Positions 17,587-27,362 of a stretch of 58,319 nt of DNA are shown one piece after another. The notes beneath the pieces are model-generated. The model was not told where the DNA came from. It saw only the letters and a program-made list of their open reading frames with translations, and made no database searches. The DNA is from Acutalibacteraceae bacterium (GTDB taxonomy: Bacteria > Bacillota > Clostridia > Oscillospirales > Acutalibacteraceae): assembly GCA_045604445.1 (NCBI GenBank), contig JAZUOA010000168.1, forward strand, positions 1 to 58,319, in the 5' to 3' direction. A program made the position numbers and the translations under genes. Positions within the stretch are counted from its first letter, which is position 1. Each line of letters begins with the position of its first letter.

Positions 17587-18484
17587 AATTAAATCTGTTA
17601 CAAAAAAATACGGAAATTACACTGCAATTGAAAATATAGATATTACAGTTGAAAATTCCTCTGTTTTTGGTATCGCAGGCTTCAACGGAAGCGGCAAAAC
17701 CACCTTGCTTAATATATGCGCAGGAATTTTCAAGGCGGATAGCGGTTCTGTCCTTTTAGACGGCAAGGATGCCTATGATAACAACGAAGAGAGGCTTTCT
17801 CTTTTCTATCTCTCCGATAACCTTTGGTTTCCCGCCACTTCAACAATTTCAGGCGCCGCAAAGCATTATGCCACATATTATCCGAATTTTGATTTTAAGC
17901 TTTTCAATAATATTTGCCAATTGTTTGGTCTTGAATCAAAAAGCTCCGTTCATAGCCTTTCAAAAGGTATGACAAGGCAAGCCGCTCTGGCTATTGCATT
18001 TGCCGCAAGGCCGAAATATCTTTTAATTGATGAAACCTTTGATGGGCTTGATCCTCATAAAAAGGAAATCGTCAGAAAGCTTTTAGTTGAATATATCAAT
18101 GAAACAGAAGCCTCTGTTATAATCAGCTCCCATGATCTTGGAGAAATTTCGGGAGTATGCGACCATATAGCAATAATAAACGGAAAAAATATTGTTTTAA
18201 ACTGTGCTATTGAAGATGTAAGTGAGCATTTCAGGCGCGTTAAAATGATTTTTGAGCATCCGGTAACAGAAATATTGTTCAAGGATATCAATCATCGCAA
18301 GCTTAAGCTTTCAGGCAGAGCTGTTTCTCTTATAATCTGCGGCAATGTTGATGCCGAGCTGCAAAAGCTCAACGCTTTAGGCGCTTCCAATATTGAAATT
18401 AACCTTCTAACGTTAGAAGAAGTATTCTCAGAAGAAACGGAGGGTGTGACCGATAATGAAAAAATCAAATCAATATTTAAGTAA
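17579..18484 (+). CDS. ABC transporter ATP-binding protein
   Basis: Walker A GFNGSGKTT, signature LSKGMTRQ, Walker B LLIDETFDGLD. The start overlaps the regulator stop by 8 nt. Confidence 0.85.
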   Translation: MIEIKSVTKKYGNYTAIENIDITVENSSVFGIAGFNGSGKTTLLNICAGIFKADSGSVLLDGKDAYDNNEERLSLFYLSDNLWFPATSTISGAAKHYATYYPNFDFKLFNNICQLFGLESKSSVHSLSKGMTRQAALAIAFAARPKYLLIDETFDGLDPHKKEIVRKLLVEYINETEASVIISSHDLGEISGVCDHIAIINGKNIVLNCAIEDVSEHFRRVKMIFEHPVTEILFKDINHRKLKLSGRAVSLIICGNVDAELQKLNALGASNIEINLLTLEEVFSEETEGVTDNEKIKSIFK

Positions 18485-20666
18485 GCAAATTGTAAAAAAA
18501 GATTTACTTAACGGCTTTTCCCTGTTTACTTTGATGGTAATATGCCTCTATGGTATACTTCACTTTATCATAGTTTTAAACCCGCAACATGCTCCCGACG
18601 GAAACGGATTCGTATCAGGATTAGCGCAACACCTTACCTATTATCCCTACTTTAAATTTTCTTTCTCAGCGGAGCTTATACGGCTGCTTTCGGTTTTAGC
18701 CGGTGCCGCAGTAGGAATATTCCAATTTTCCTTTTTGCATAGAAAGAACTACTGCCAAGGTCTTTTAAGCCGCGGAATCAAAAGAGGCAATATCTTTAAT
18801 AACAGAACTTTAATCCCCTTGATTGTAATAAGCATAATCACTCTTATCCCTCAACTTATTGCTTTGGGTTTGAATATTGATGCTTTTGGTGTTAGCAGTA
18901 AGCTGATTATTTGTTTCTTGAGCGAAGCATTATATGCATACTCTTCAATCCTTGTTGGCTTTACTGTTGCGGTTACCGCTTGCATTTTTTCAGGAAGGAT
19001 TATCGAAGCAGTAGCAGGTGCTGCAAGTATTCTTATGCTCCCCGTTTCATTGGTTTTGTTTACGGTTACAACGCTTGAAAGCTTTCTTTACGGCTTTGAT
19101 TTCAATAACAGCTCTCCTGTTTGGGATTTAATATTCGGAGTTGATGCTTTAGGCGTTTCATACTTCTTTATTTCCCCGCAAGAATATGCTGTAAATCCGG
19201 ATAGTCCGATTTCTGCTCTAACAAAAATCTCTTTATTTAGTGCGGTAATTTGGTTGGTATTATGTATTATAGTGCTTACAATTCTCAAAAAATATTTTGA
19301 AAAACGCTTTAAACCCGAAAATGTTGGTTTTAAGGGAATAAACAAGCTTATGGTGTTTGTTTCCTCCCTCTCCTTACCTCTTTTGCTTAGCACAATAATA
19401 GCAACCCTTATTCCTGCAACATCATTCGCGTTCCCCTCTGCCTATGCATTGGTTTTCTCAACTGTTATCGGTGTGGGTGCAGGTGTTTTATGCGCATTAG
19501 CCTGTAATGTGATTTTCACATTTACTGTAAAAAAATTGCAGATAGGCGCTTTAAGCGGCGGAGTCCAGATTTTACTGGCAATTATTTGCGTGGTTATATC
19601 CGCAACCGGTGCTTTCGGCAACTATTACAAAACACCTGATGCAGAAGATATAAAAGCAGTGAAAATAAATGCGCCATTTAAATATTATTTTCTTAACGAA
19701 AGCTACGCTGCCTTTTTAAGCGCTAACCCCTACCCCTCAAATTTATGCTTGGAGCTTACAACCGAAAAGGATATAAATACCGCCTTGGAAATGCAGAAAG
19801 CTGTTTCTGAAAACGGCAAAGGCGATGTTGCTGCAACGTTAAAAATCACATATCTTCTTAATAATGGTAACGAAATTGAAAGAAATTTTGAATATGTTAC
19901 AGAAGAAAGCCTCAGCACTCTTTTAAAGCTATGGGAAACCGACTCTGCAAAGCAGTTTTACAAAAATATGCTCTTCCCTGAAACGCTTCCCGAAAAAGAA
20001 TATAATTGGTTTGAATGCTCGCAAGCTCCAAAAATTACAAGCCAACAACAGTTCACTTTAACCTCCTTTGACGGAACAGGCGACATCGCATTTCCCTTAG
20101 AGGATGAGCTTAACGAATTAAAAAACGCTGTTTACAAGGATATTTCAGAAGCCTCCGCAGAGGATTGGTTCTATCCCGGCGCTCAGATGTTAGGCACACT
20201 TTCGTTTGATGTTGAGTCAAGCTACTATTATGGTGGGCAAGGTCCTGAATTCACAATATATCTTACAGAGGATATGGTAAATACCATTAGCTGCTTAAAA
20301 AAATACGGGTATTACGAATCCCTCAGGCAAAAACGCAGACCTGTTCAAGCTGTTGTCTACGACATTGGGGATTTAATTGATTACTCCTTCCCCGACAGCA
20401 AATGGGAAACAAAAGCAACCTCACCTTATTTTGTTTCAACCTCTGTTTCCAATGAATTATATTATGAATTCAATACAATTGAAAATGAACAAGCAGAAAA
20501 ACCATCAATAGCAACTGAAATAACTAATGCAGCGGAAATTGAAGCGCTTATTTCCACAGGTTATATGGCATATAATTGCCACAATAAAGGTAAAATTGTT
20601 TTTGTAAAATACACTGCAGACAGTTATGGTGCTTTTGTGCTCCCGGAAGGTGATATTTATGAATAA
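18456..20666 (+). CDS. large polytopic membrane protein (putative ABC permease partner) with a ~340-aa C-terminal soluble domain
   Basis: About 10 or more hydrophobic segments in the first ~390 aa, then a hydrophilic C-terminal region. Overlaps the ATPase gene end. No family recognised. Confidence 0.5.
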   Translation: MKKSNQYLSKQIVKKDLLNGFSLFTLMVICLYGILHFIIVLNPQHAPDGNGFVSGLAQHLTYYPYFKFSFSAELIRLLSVLAGAAVGIFQFSFLHRKNYCQGLLSRGIKRGNIFNNRTLIPLIVISIITLIPQLIALGLNIDAFGVSSKLIICFLSEALYAYSSILVGFTVAVTACIFSGRIIEAVAGAASILMLPVSLVLFTVTTLESFLYGFDFNNSSPVWDLIFGVDALGVSYFFISPQEYAVNPDSPISALTKISLFSAVIWLVLCIIVLTILKKYFEKRFKPENVGFKGINKLMVFVSSLSLPLLLSTIIATLIPATSFAFPSAYALVFSTVIGVGAGVLCALACNVIFTFTVKKLQIGALSGGVQILLAIICVVISATGAFGNYYKTPDAEDIKAVKINAPFKYYFLNESYAAFLSANPYPSNLCLELTTEKDINTALEMQKAVSENGKGDVAATLKITYLLNNGNEIERNFEYVTEESLSTLLKLWETDSAKQFYKNMLFPETLPEKEYNWFECSQAPKITSQQQFTLTSFDGTGDIAFPLEDELNELKNAVYKDISEASAEDWFYPGAQMLGTLSFDVESSYYYGGQGPEFTIYLTEDMVNTISCLKKYGYYESLRQKRRPVQAVVYDIGDLIDYSFPDSKWETKATSPYFVSTSVSNELYYEFNTIENEQAEKPSIATEITNAAEIEALISTGYMAYNCHNKGKIVFVKYTADSYGAFVLPEGDIYE

Positions 20667-21066
20667 GGTTGTAAAAATACTGATAATTTGCTTCGTGATT
20701 TTTGCAATAGTGCTTTCAGCTTATTCCGTTATTTATCCTAAGCTTTGTAACATTTCAATAGGTATCAGCGTACCGGTGAACCCCGATGGGCAATATTTAG
20801 AGGATTTTATTCTCAGCTATAACCATATTCCTGAAAGCAAAATCCCTCAGTTAGAGGAGCTCACCGATACTAAAAATGATTTCAGAATGAATTTCTTTGA
20901 TGAGCACAAAGAAGACGATTACCATATTGAAATAGACTTCACCTTTGAAAACGGGAAAACAATCGTAACCTATGAAGGCACAATAACCGATAAGGAAACG
21001 GGCGAAACTGTGCCCTTTGAAAAGGAATTTGTTCACGATTTTATTCTTACAAAGGATATACATTAA
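20659..21066 (+). CDS. small N-terminally anchored hypothetical protein
   Basis: MNKVVKILIICFVIFAIVLSAYSVI anchor. The start overlaps the preceding stop. Confidence 0.45.
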   Translation: MNKVVKILIICFVIFAIVLSAYSVIYPKLCNISIGISVPVNPDGQYLEDFILSYNHIPESKIPQLEELTDTKNDFRMNFFDEHKEDDYHIEIDFTFENGKTIVTYEGTITDKETGETVPFEKEFVHDFILTKDIH

Positions 21067-21071
21067 AAATT

Positions 21072-21116
21072 AAGAGCTACTCAATCCGAAAGGTTGAGTA
21101 GCTCTTCTTTTCTGTT
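21072..21116. terminator. bidirectional terminator
   Basis: AAGAGCTACTCAA / TTGAGTAGCTCTT 13-bp stem, T-rich on the plus strand and A-rich on the left flank. Confidence 0.7.
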
Positions 21117-22400
21117 TTATTCTATTTCTGACAATTCAGATATTTCTAAAATTTCTCCCGCAGCAGAAGCTTCAATTGCTTCAACGCCCTTCAGCTTCTT
21201 TTGAATAATATCATTTCTATGGCGGGCTTCATCAAGGGATTTTCCTGCCTCATCGATTTTCTTTCTGGCTTTTTCAAGAACATTGCCAAAGGTTTCATAT
21301 TGGGTCTTTGCCGCAGAAAGAAGCTTTCTTACTTCGTCTGCTTTTTCATTTATTGCCATCGCCTTAAAGCCCATAGCAAAGGAATTAAGCAATGCCGTTA
21401 TTGTTGATGGACCCGCAACCATAACATTTTGAGCTTGAAGCTTTTCTGCTATGCCCGTTTTTGAAGAAGCGATTTCCGCATAAAGACCCTCAGTTGCAAG
21501 ATAAAGCACTGCAAAAGGCGTTGTTTGAGGCACAACAATATATTTTTTTATATCCTTAGCCTCTGCCAAAACTCTATCCTCTAGAGCTTTTCGGGCAACC
21601 TTTAATGCTTCGGGGTCTGCCCTGTCTGCCGCATCGCAAACTCTGACATAATCCTCAAGAGGAAACTTCGAATCTATCGGCAAATAAACATCCTCGCCGT
21701 TTTTATCGCTATTAGGGAATTTAATAGCAAATTCAACATGCTCTGCATTATTCTTGGGAGAGTAATTCTTAACATAAAGCCCGGGAATCGTCTGGTCAAG
21801 TATGGCCTCAAGCTGAACCTCTGCCCAGGTACCCCTCGCTTTAACATTTGTAAGAATTCGATTTAATGATGTAACGTTTGTTGTAACCCCTTGAGAAAGC
21901 TCTTTCATTTCTCCGAGAGATTTATAAACATTTTCAAGCTGTTCAGAAACAGTTTTAAAAGAAGAATTAAGGCGGGTTGTAAGGGTTTGGGTAAGCTTTT
22001 CATCAACCGTTACTCGCATTTCCTCTAACTTCTTTTCGTTGCTTTCCTGCATCCTTGAAATTGATTCGCTTACTACCTTAGATTGCCTTTCAGCGCTTTG
22101 GAGATTTTGCTCCTGAATTGATTTCAGAGATGCGGAAATTTTTTCGGTTAAGTCAATTCTGCTTTGATAATTCTCTTTAAGCATCTGGCTTAACTTATCT
22201 TCAATTTTTCCTAAGGAAGCGGTTGTTTCCTCGCGGGATTCTTTCCCTGCTCTCGCCATTTCCTCTCGGTTACGGCGAAATTCTTCATAAATTGCATCGT
22301 TATTTTTATTCTTCTTTAACGAAAGAACAAGAACGATACAAATGATTGTCAGTGCAACAGTTAATCCACCGAATAGTATAATTAAGATTTCTGTATTCAT
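21117..22400 (-). CDS. rmuC: DNA recombination protein RmuC
   Basis: N-terminal TM segment, long coiled-coil region, then RGTWAEVQLEAILDQ and a C-terminal RmuC-type domain. The ATG at 22400 lies 2 nt after the glpK stop. Confidence 0.8.
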   Translation of the reverse strand: MNTEILIILFGGLTVALTIICIVLVLSLKKNKNNDAIYEEFRRNREEMARAGKESREETTASLGKIEDKLSQMLKENYQSRIDLTEKISASLKSIQEQNLQSAERQSKVVSESISRMQESNEKKLEEMRVTVDEKLTQTLTTRLNSSFKTVSEQLENVYKSLGEMKELSQGVTTNVTSLNRILTNVKARGTWAEVQLEAILDQTIPGLYVKNYSPKNNAEHVEFAIKFPNSDKNGEDVYLPIDSKFPLEDYVRVCDAADRADPEALKVARKALEDRVLAEAKDIKKYIVVPQTTPFAVLYLATEGLYAEIASSKTGIAEKLQAQNVMVAGPSTITALLNSFAMGFKAMAINEKADEVRKLLSAAKTQYETFGNVLEKARKKIDEAGKSLDEARHRNDIIQKKLKGVEAIEASAAGEILEISELSEIE

Positions 22401-22402
22401 AA

Positions 22403-23908
22403 TCACTTGTCTTCCCAATTTTTTGAACGTTCTACTGCTTTATGCCAACCCCTAAGCATTTTTTCCTTTGAATCGTTATCAAGGGTGGGAACAAAGATTC
22501 TATCCACCTCGCGAACGCGTTCAATTTCTTCAAAATCCTTCCAGAAGCCAACGGCAAGACCTGCCATATATGCAGCACCGAGAGCAGTTGTTTCAACAAG
22601 CTTGGGTCGGTTAACCTTTGATGAAATAAGATTTGCCTGAATTTGAAGAAGAATATTGCTTACAGATGCCCCGCCATCAACACGCATTTCGCTCATAAGA
22701 ATTCCGCTATCCTTAGTCATAGCGTCAACAAGGTCTGTTACCTGATAAGCAATGCTTTCAAGAACTGCCCTTGCAAAATGGGCGCGGTTGGCGCCTCGGG
22801 TAAGGCCTACAATGCACCCTCTTGCATACATATCCCAATAGGGTGCGCCAAGGCCGGTAAATGCCGGAACCAGATAAATTCCGTTAGCATCCTTAACGCT
22901 TTCTGCAAGAAAATCGCATTCACTTGGTTCTGAAATAAGGCGAAGCTCATCACGCAACCACTTTATAACCGAACCGGCATTAAAGGCGCTACCCTCAAGG
23001 TCATAAGTTACCTTGCCGTTTACTCCCCATGCTATGCCTTCGATAAGGTTGTTTTTGGAGCGGATTCGTTTTTCGCCTGTGTTCATTAAAAGGAAGCAGC
23101 CTGTTCCGTATGTATTTTTCGCCTGGCCTGCATTAAAGCATGCCTGGCCGAAAAGCGCTGCCTGCTGGTCACCAATTGCGCCTGAAATAGGGACCCCCGC
23201 AAGCTCTTTAAGCCCCGGAATATCCTCAGCAACATAGCCGTAAACAGAGCTACACTCTCTGACCTCAGGGAGAATACTCATAGGAATACCCAACTCTTTG
23301 CAAAGGCGCCCATCCCAACAAAGCTTTTCAATATCAAAAAGCATTGTTCTGGCAGCGTTGCTGTAATCTGTAATATGCACTTGTTTATTTGTTAAATTCC
23401 ATATAAGCCAGGTTTCAACTGTGCCGAAAAGGAGTTTTCCGTCGAGGGCTAAAGTGCGAGCCTCAGGCACATTATCAAGAATCCATTTAATCTTTGTTGC
23501 GCTGAAATATGCATCTATAAGAAGACCTGTGTGCTCTTTAACATATTCCTCGAGCCCATCTGCTTTAAGTTTTTCGCAAATAGGCGCAGTTCTTCGGCAT
23601 TGCCAAACAATTGCATTGTAAACAGGCTTGCCTGTATCCTTATCCCAAAGGATTGTCGTTTCGCGTTGGTTTGTTATACCAATTGCCGCAACCTCTTTAG
23701 GATTGATTTTTCCGTTTATCAATGCCATTGATAGCGAGCGAAGCTGAGAATCGAGAATTTCATAAGGATTATGCTCAACCCAACCTGCATTCGGATAAAT
23801 TTGTTCAAACTCAAACTGAGCCTTTGAAACAATTCTGCCTTTTTTATCAAAAACTATCGTTCTTGAGCTTGTTGTCCCTTGGTCGAGAGCGAGAACATAT
23901 TTTTTCAT
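22403..23908 (-). CDS. glpK: glycerol kinase
   Basis: [31 protein letters not shown] and the C-terminal FGGY-family motifs. Confidence 0.95.
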   Translation of the reverse strand: MKKYVLALDQGTTSSRTIVFDKKGRIVSKAQFEFEQIYPNAGWVEHNPYEILDSQLRSLSMALINGKINPKEVAAIGITNQRETTILWDKDTGKPVYNAIVWQCRRTAPICEKLKADGLEEYVKEHTGLLIDAYFSATKIKWILDNVPEARTLALDGKLLFGTVETWLIWNLTNKQVHITDYSNAARTMLFDIEKLCWDGRLCKELGIPMSILPEVRECSSVYGYVAEDIPGLKELAGVPISGAIGDQQAALFGQACFNAGQAKNTYGTGCFLLMNTGEKRIRSKNNLIEGIAWGVNGKVTYDLEGSAFNAGSVIKWLRDELRLISEPSECDFLAESVKDANGIYLVPAFTGLGAPYWDMYARGCIVGLTRGANRAHFARAVLESIAYQVTDLVDAMTKDSGILMSEMRVDGGASVSNILLQIQANLISSKVNRPKLVETTALGAAYMAGLAVGFWKDFEEIERVREVDRIFVPTLDNDSKEKMLRGWHKAVERSKNWEDK

Positions 23909-23928
23909 AGTAATCCCCCTATTTAAAA

Positions 23929-24945
23929 TTATTCACCTGTGCCCCAGTTAAAAACATACTCTATAGAGTGAGTTTTTGCAAATTTAAGCCCTTTGATTGT
24001 TATAGGATCAAAAATCAATCTTTTTATTGTTGCTTCAGCAATATACATTTCGGATTCATAATTTATGGTGTAATTTAAAACATCCAGATTTGCTGCATCT
24101 ATAACAACAGTTGCAACGCAGTTTTTAAACTCTCTGCGCATTGCCGCATCATCGCCTAAAAACTTTGCCAACAGCTGATTAGTTTCTTCAAGCATTATTT
24201 CTGTATTTAAAAGCCTTGAATACGCCGATTGGGTAAGACCTTCAATTTCTGCATCGGGAATAGCAATCGAAAGGGTAATCTGCCCCGATTCTGCATTATA
24301 GGATGCCCTTAAGCCATAAATATCATCAACGGTAAGCTTTGAAACATAAGGAGAGCCTTCAATTGACATAATGGTGTAATTTTGTGAATTTTTCGGAATT
24401 GTTTCTGTTTCGAGCTCCGGGCCTTCCTCGGCTATTATATCCTCAACCAAGCCTAAAACAGAGCTTGATAGCTGACCATTATCAGAAGAACAAGTGGTTA
24501 ATTCATCGCTTTTTGTTCTTGTTCCGCTTGCTGCATATCCGCTTTCTTCAGTTTTTATTCTATTAAGAGCCTGATTAAACAAAGCAACCGCATTTTCTTC
24601 TGTTATGCTTATGCCACCCTCGCATTCAACACCGCTGAATGCGCCTGAGGGTTGTAATGAAACACCTATTATTGCGCTTCTTAAAATCTGGCGGGCATCA
24701 AAAATGGTTATGCTGCCATCACCGTTAACATCGGCTTTATTAAAAGCCTCTCCATCCGTTATACTCTCTATTCCGGAAGCCGCTCTGAGCGCCAAGCGGG
24801 CATCCACCGTGGCAACCTTACCATCGCCGTCAATATCGCCATAAATAATAGTTTCTTCATATGCTGCAACACCGTTAAAGCCAATGGACATAACAGAAGC
24901 TATCAAAGCAACAACCGTTAAAACAATCATTAACCTCTTAATCAT
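23929..24945 (-). CDS. secreted protein with an N-terminal type I dockerin-like domain
   Basis: Signal peptide, then two EF-hand-like repeats [20 protein letters not shown] and [20 protein letters not shown]. The C-terminal ~230 aa are unassigned. The ATG at 24945 lies 7 nt after AAGGAGG. Confidence 0.7.
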   Translation of the reverse strand: MIKRLMIVLTVVALIASVMSIGFNGVAAYEETIIYGDIDGDGKVATVDARLALRAASGIESITDGEAFNKADVNGDGSITIFDARQILRSAIIGVSLQPSGAFSGVECEGGISITEENAVALFNQALNRIKTEESGYAASGTRTKSDELTTCSSDNGQLSSSVLGLVEDIIAEEGPELETETIPKNSQNYTIMSIEGSPYVSKLTVDDIYGLRASYNAESGQITLSIAIPDAEIEGLTQSAYSRLLNTEIMLEETNQLLAKFLGDDAAMRREFKNCVATVVIDAANLDVLNYTINYESEMYIAEATIKRLIFDPITIKGLKFAKTHSIEYVFNWGTGE

Positions 24946-24947
24946 TT

Positions 24948-25745
24948 TCACGCCTCCTTTATTGCATTATAAATATCTTTAACTGAATCTAAAATATAAT
25001 CGGGTTTAACATCACTTTTCTTATAATCCTCTAATGTTGTTTCGCCTGAAAGCACAAGCACAGAGGTAACGCCGGCATTTATGCCTGTTTTAACATCGGT
25101 ATAAATTCTATCGCCAACCATTGCAATATTTTCATAAGGAACATTTTCAGATTTTGCCAAAATATCTATCATTGTTCTGTCAGGCTTGCCTAAGAAAACA
25201 GGGCGCCTTTTCACTGCATTTTCAAACATATCCGCAAAGCTTCCGCAATCCGGAAGATATCTGCCCCCTTCGATAGGGCAAACCATATCAATATTAGTTG
25301 CGTAATAATCTGCTCCTCCATCAAGCAAATCGCAAACAATTCGGATTTTTTTATAATCCAGCTCGGTATCGTACCCTAAAAGAACGGTATCTGCACCAAT
25401 CCCATCTTCGCTGATATTTACATCGTATTTTTTAAGCTCTGCTTTTAACGATTCTGTTCCGCAAACGTATATTAAAGAATCTTTCTTGTTTTCCTTTAAA
25501 AACATTCCTGCCGCCATACCGGATGTAAACACATTTTCTTTTTCGCAAGGAAAGCCTAAGGAGCGCATTTTTTCAACATAGTCATTAGCGTTTCTGGATG
25601 AATTATTGGTTAAGAAAATATAATTCTTCCCCTGCTCCTTTAAGGTGCATAAAAATTCTTTTGCGCCATCAATCGGGTCATAGCCCAGATTAACAGTTCC
25701 ATCCATATCCAATAAAAATAATGTTATATCTTTTAATTCTGCCAT
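24948..25745 (-). CDS. HAD-IIA family sugar-phosphate phosphatase (NagD-like)
   Basis: LLDMDGT motif I, FLTNNS, GKP, and MVGDRIYTDV motif IV. Confidence 0.75.
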   Translation of the reverse strand: MAELKDITLFLLDMDGTVNLGYDPIDGAKEFLCTLKEQGKNYIFLTNNSSRNANDYVEKMRSLGFPCEKENVFTSGMAAGMFLKENKKDSLIYVCGTESLKAELKKYDVNISEDGIGADTVLLGYDTELDYKKIRIVCDLLDGGADYYATNIDMVCPIEGGRYLPDCGSFADMFENAVKRRPVFLGKPDRTMIDILAKSENVPYENIAMVGDRIYTDVKTGINAGVTSVLVLSGETTLEDYKKSDVKPDYILDSVKDIYNAIKEA

Positions 25746-25749
25746 AAAA

Positions 25750-27186
25750 TTACCTGCCGTAAAGTTCGTTTAAATCTTTAAAATAATTCTTATCAATTAA
25801 ATTCAGCTGCTCTTTTGTTATACGATAAAGCCAATTACCATCTGCCCTGCCGGGAACATTCAGGCGAGTGTCGCTGCCATAACCCAACAAATCCTGAACC
25901 GGGAAAATCGCTATGCCCGCAGAGCTTGCCATAATGGTTTTTATAATAGCCTTGCACCCATCCTCATTCCATCTGTCTTCATTACAGGAGCAGTAGCGCA
26001 TAATCCCCTTTTTTGTATCCATAGAAGTTTCCCAAAGATAGCCTAAAAGGGTATTGTTATCGTGGGTTCCCGAATAAGCAATGCAATTGTTAATGTAATT
26101 ATGGGGCTTGTGAGGAGTTTCTCCGCCGAAAAATCCGAATTGAAAAACCCTCATTCCCGGGAAACCGCTTTCTTCAACAAGCTCATAAACCTCTTTTGTT
26201 ATGTCGCCTAAATCCTCTGCAATTATAAGCTTATCTCCTGCAACGGATTTAATCGCATTTATAAGCTTCATACCCGGGCCTTTAAGCCACCTGCCCTCTT
26301 TCGCGGTTTGAGCCTCTGCAGGAACTGCCCAGAAGCTTTCAAACGCTCTGAAATGGTCAATTCTTACTCCATCAAAAACCTGCAATGCAAAGGATATTCT
26401 CTCTTTCCACCAAGAAAAATCAGTTTTTTCAAGAGTTTCCCAATCGTAAAGAGGATTGCCCCAAAGCTGACCGTTTTCTGCAAAATAATCAGGGGGAACT
26501 CCCGCAACATCAGTCATCCGATTATTATCGTCAAGCATAAAAATTCTTTTATCGGAATAAACATCCGAAGAATCATAAGAAACATAAATAGGAATATCAC
26601 CTATTATTCTAATGCCTCTGTCATTTGCATATTTTTTTATTTTTGCCCATTGGGTAAAAAACATATATTGAATAAAACGCCATCCGAATTCTGTTTCGGC
26701 ATCGTATTCTTCATTCTTCCATTCAATCCATTGAAGGTTATTGTTTTTGGCTTTAAGCGCCATAAATTCGCAAAATTCTTTCAGGTGCTTATTGCCGTTG
26801 ATAAAATCATCTATTTTTTCTTTTAAAGCTTTGTTAGCTCGTTTTGATGCAGCAATTAAAAGCTTTACTCTGTTTTCTGTTAATTTATCAAATTCGCAAT
26901 AATAGGGTGTTCCTTGCTTTGCTGAGCTTAACTCCTCTGAGGTAATAAGCCCATCAGAAAAAAGCTGCTCTAAATCTATAAAATACGGATTGCCTGCAAA
27001 GGTTGAATATGATTTATAAGGTGAATTACATTCATCAACAAGCCCAAAGGGTAAAACCTGCCAATAAGAGAAACCGCAAGCCTTTAAAAAATCTATAAAA
27101 TCCTTGGCAGAATTCCCGAAATTACCGCAGGAATAATCTCCCCAAAGAGAGGATATATGCATAAGCACTCCGCTTTTTCGTTCCAT
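25750..27186 (-). CDS. malQ: 4-alpha-glucanotransferase (amylomaltase, GH77)
   Basis: MERKSGVLMHISSL, GIRIIGDIPIYV, LWGNPLYDW, RIDHFRAF and IAEDLG motifs. Confidence 0.9.
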   Translation of the reverse strand: MERKSGVLMHISSLWGDYSCGNFGNSAKDFIDFLKACGFSYWQVLPFGLVDECNSPYKSYSTFAGNPYFIDLEQLFSDGLITSEELSSAKQGTPYYCEFDKLTENRVKLLIAASKRANKALKEKIDDFINGNKHLKEFCEFMALKAKNNNLQWIEWKNEEYDAETEFGWRFIQYMFFTQWAKIKKYANDRGIRIIGDIPIYVSYDSSDVYSDKRIFMLDDNNRMTDVAGVPPDYFAENGQLWGNPLYDWETLEKTDFSWWKERISFALQVFDGVRIDHFRAFESFWAVPAEAQTAKEGRWLKGPGMKLINAIKSVAGDKLIIAEDLGDITKEVYELVEESGFPGMRVFQFGFFGGETPHKPHNYINNCIAYSGTHDNNTLLGYLWETSMDTKKGIMRYCSCNEDRWNEDGCKAIIKTIMASSAGIAIFPVQDLLGYGSDTRLNVPGRADGNWLYRITKEQLNLIDKNYFKDLNELYGR

Positions 27187-27308
27187 AACAATCACCTTTC
27201 AGGGCATAATAACACATATATAAGATTATACCATAATATCATAAATTTTGTAAATAGACAAAGAGCCGAAAGGGTCTGTATATTTCTGTTTAGATTGACA
27301 AAACAAAT

Positions 27309-27340
27309 GGTGCCTTCCATCTTGGAAAATGGAAAGCACC
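27309..27340 (-). terminator. terminator-like hairpin after the 27363-28970 gene
   Basis: GGTGCCTTCCAT / ATGGAAAGCACC stem with one mismatch and a weak U-tract on the minus strand. Confidence 0.4.
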
Positions 27341-27362
27341 GATAAAATTTTATTTGCTATTT

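Noticed and set aside
22400-22418. The apparent 16-nt overlap of rmuC with glpK in the ORF track.
   Set aside because: An in-frame ATG at 22400, 2 nt after the glpK stop, gives the typical RmuC N-terminal TM segment. The longer form is probably an artefact of longest-ORF calling.
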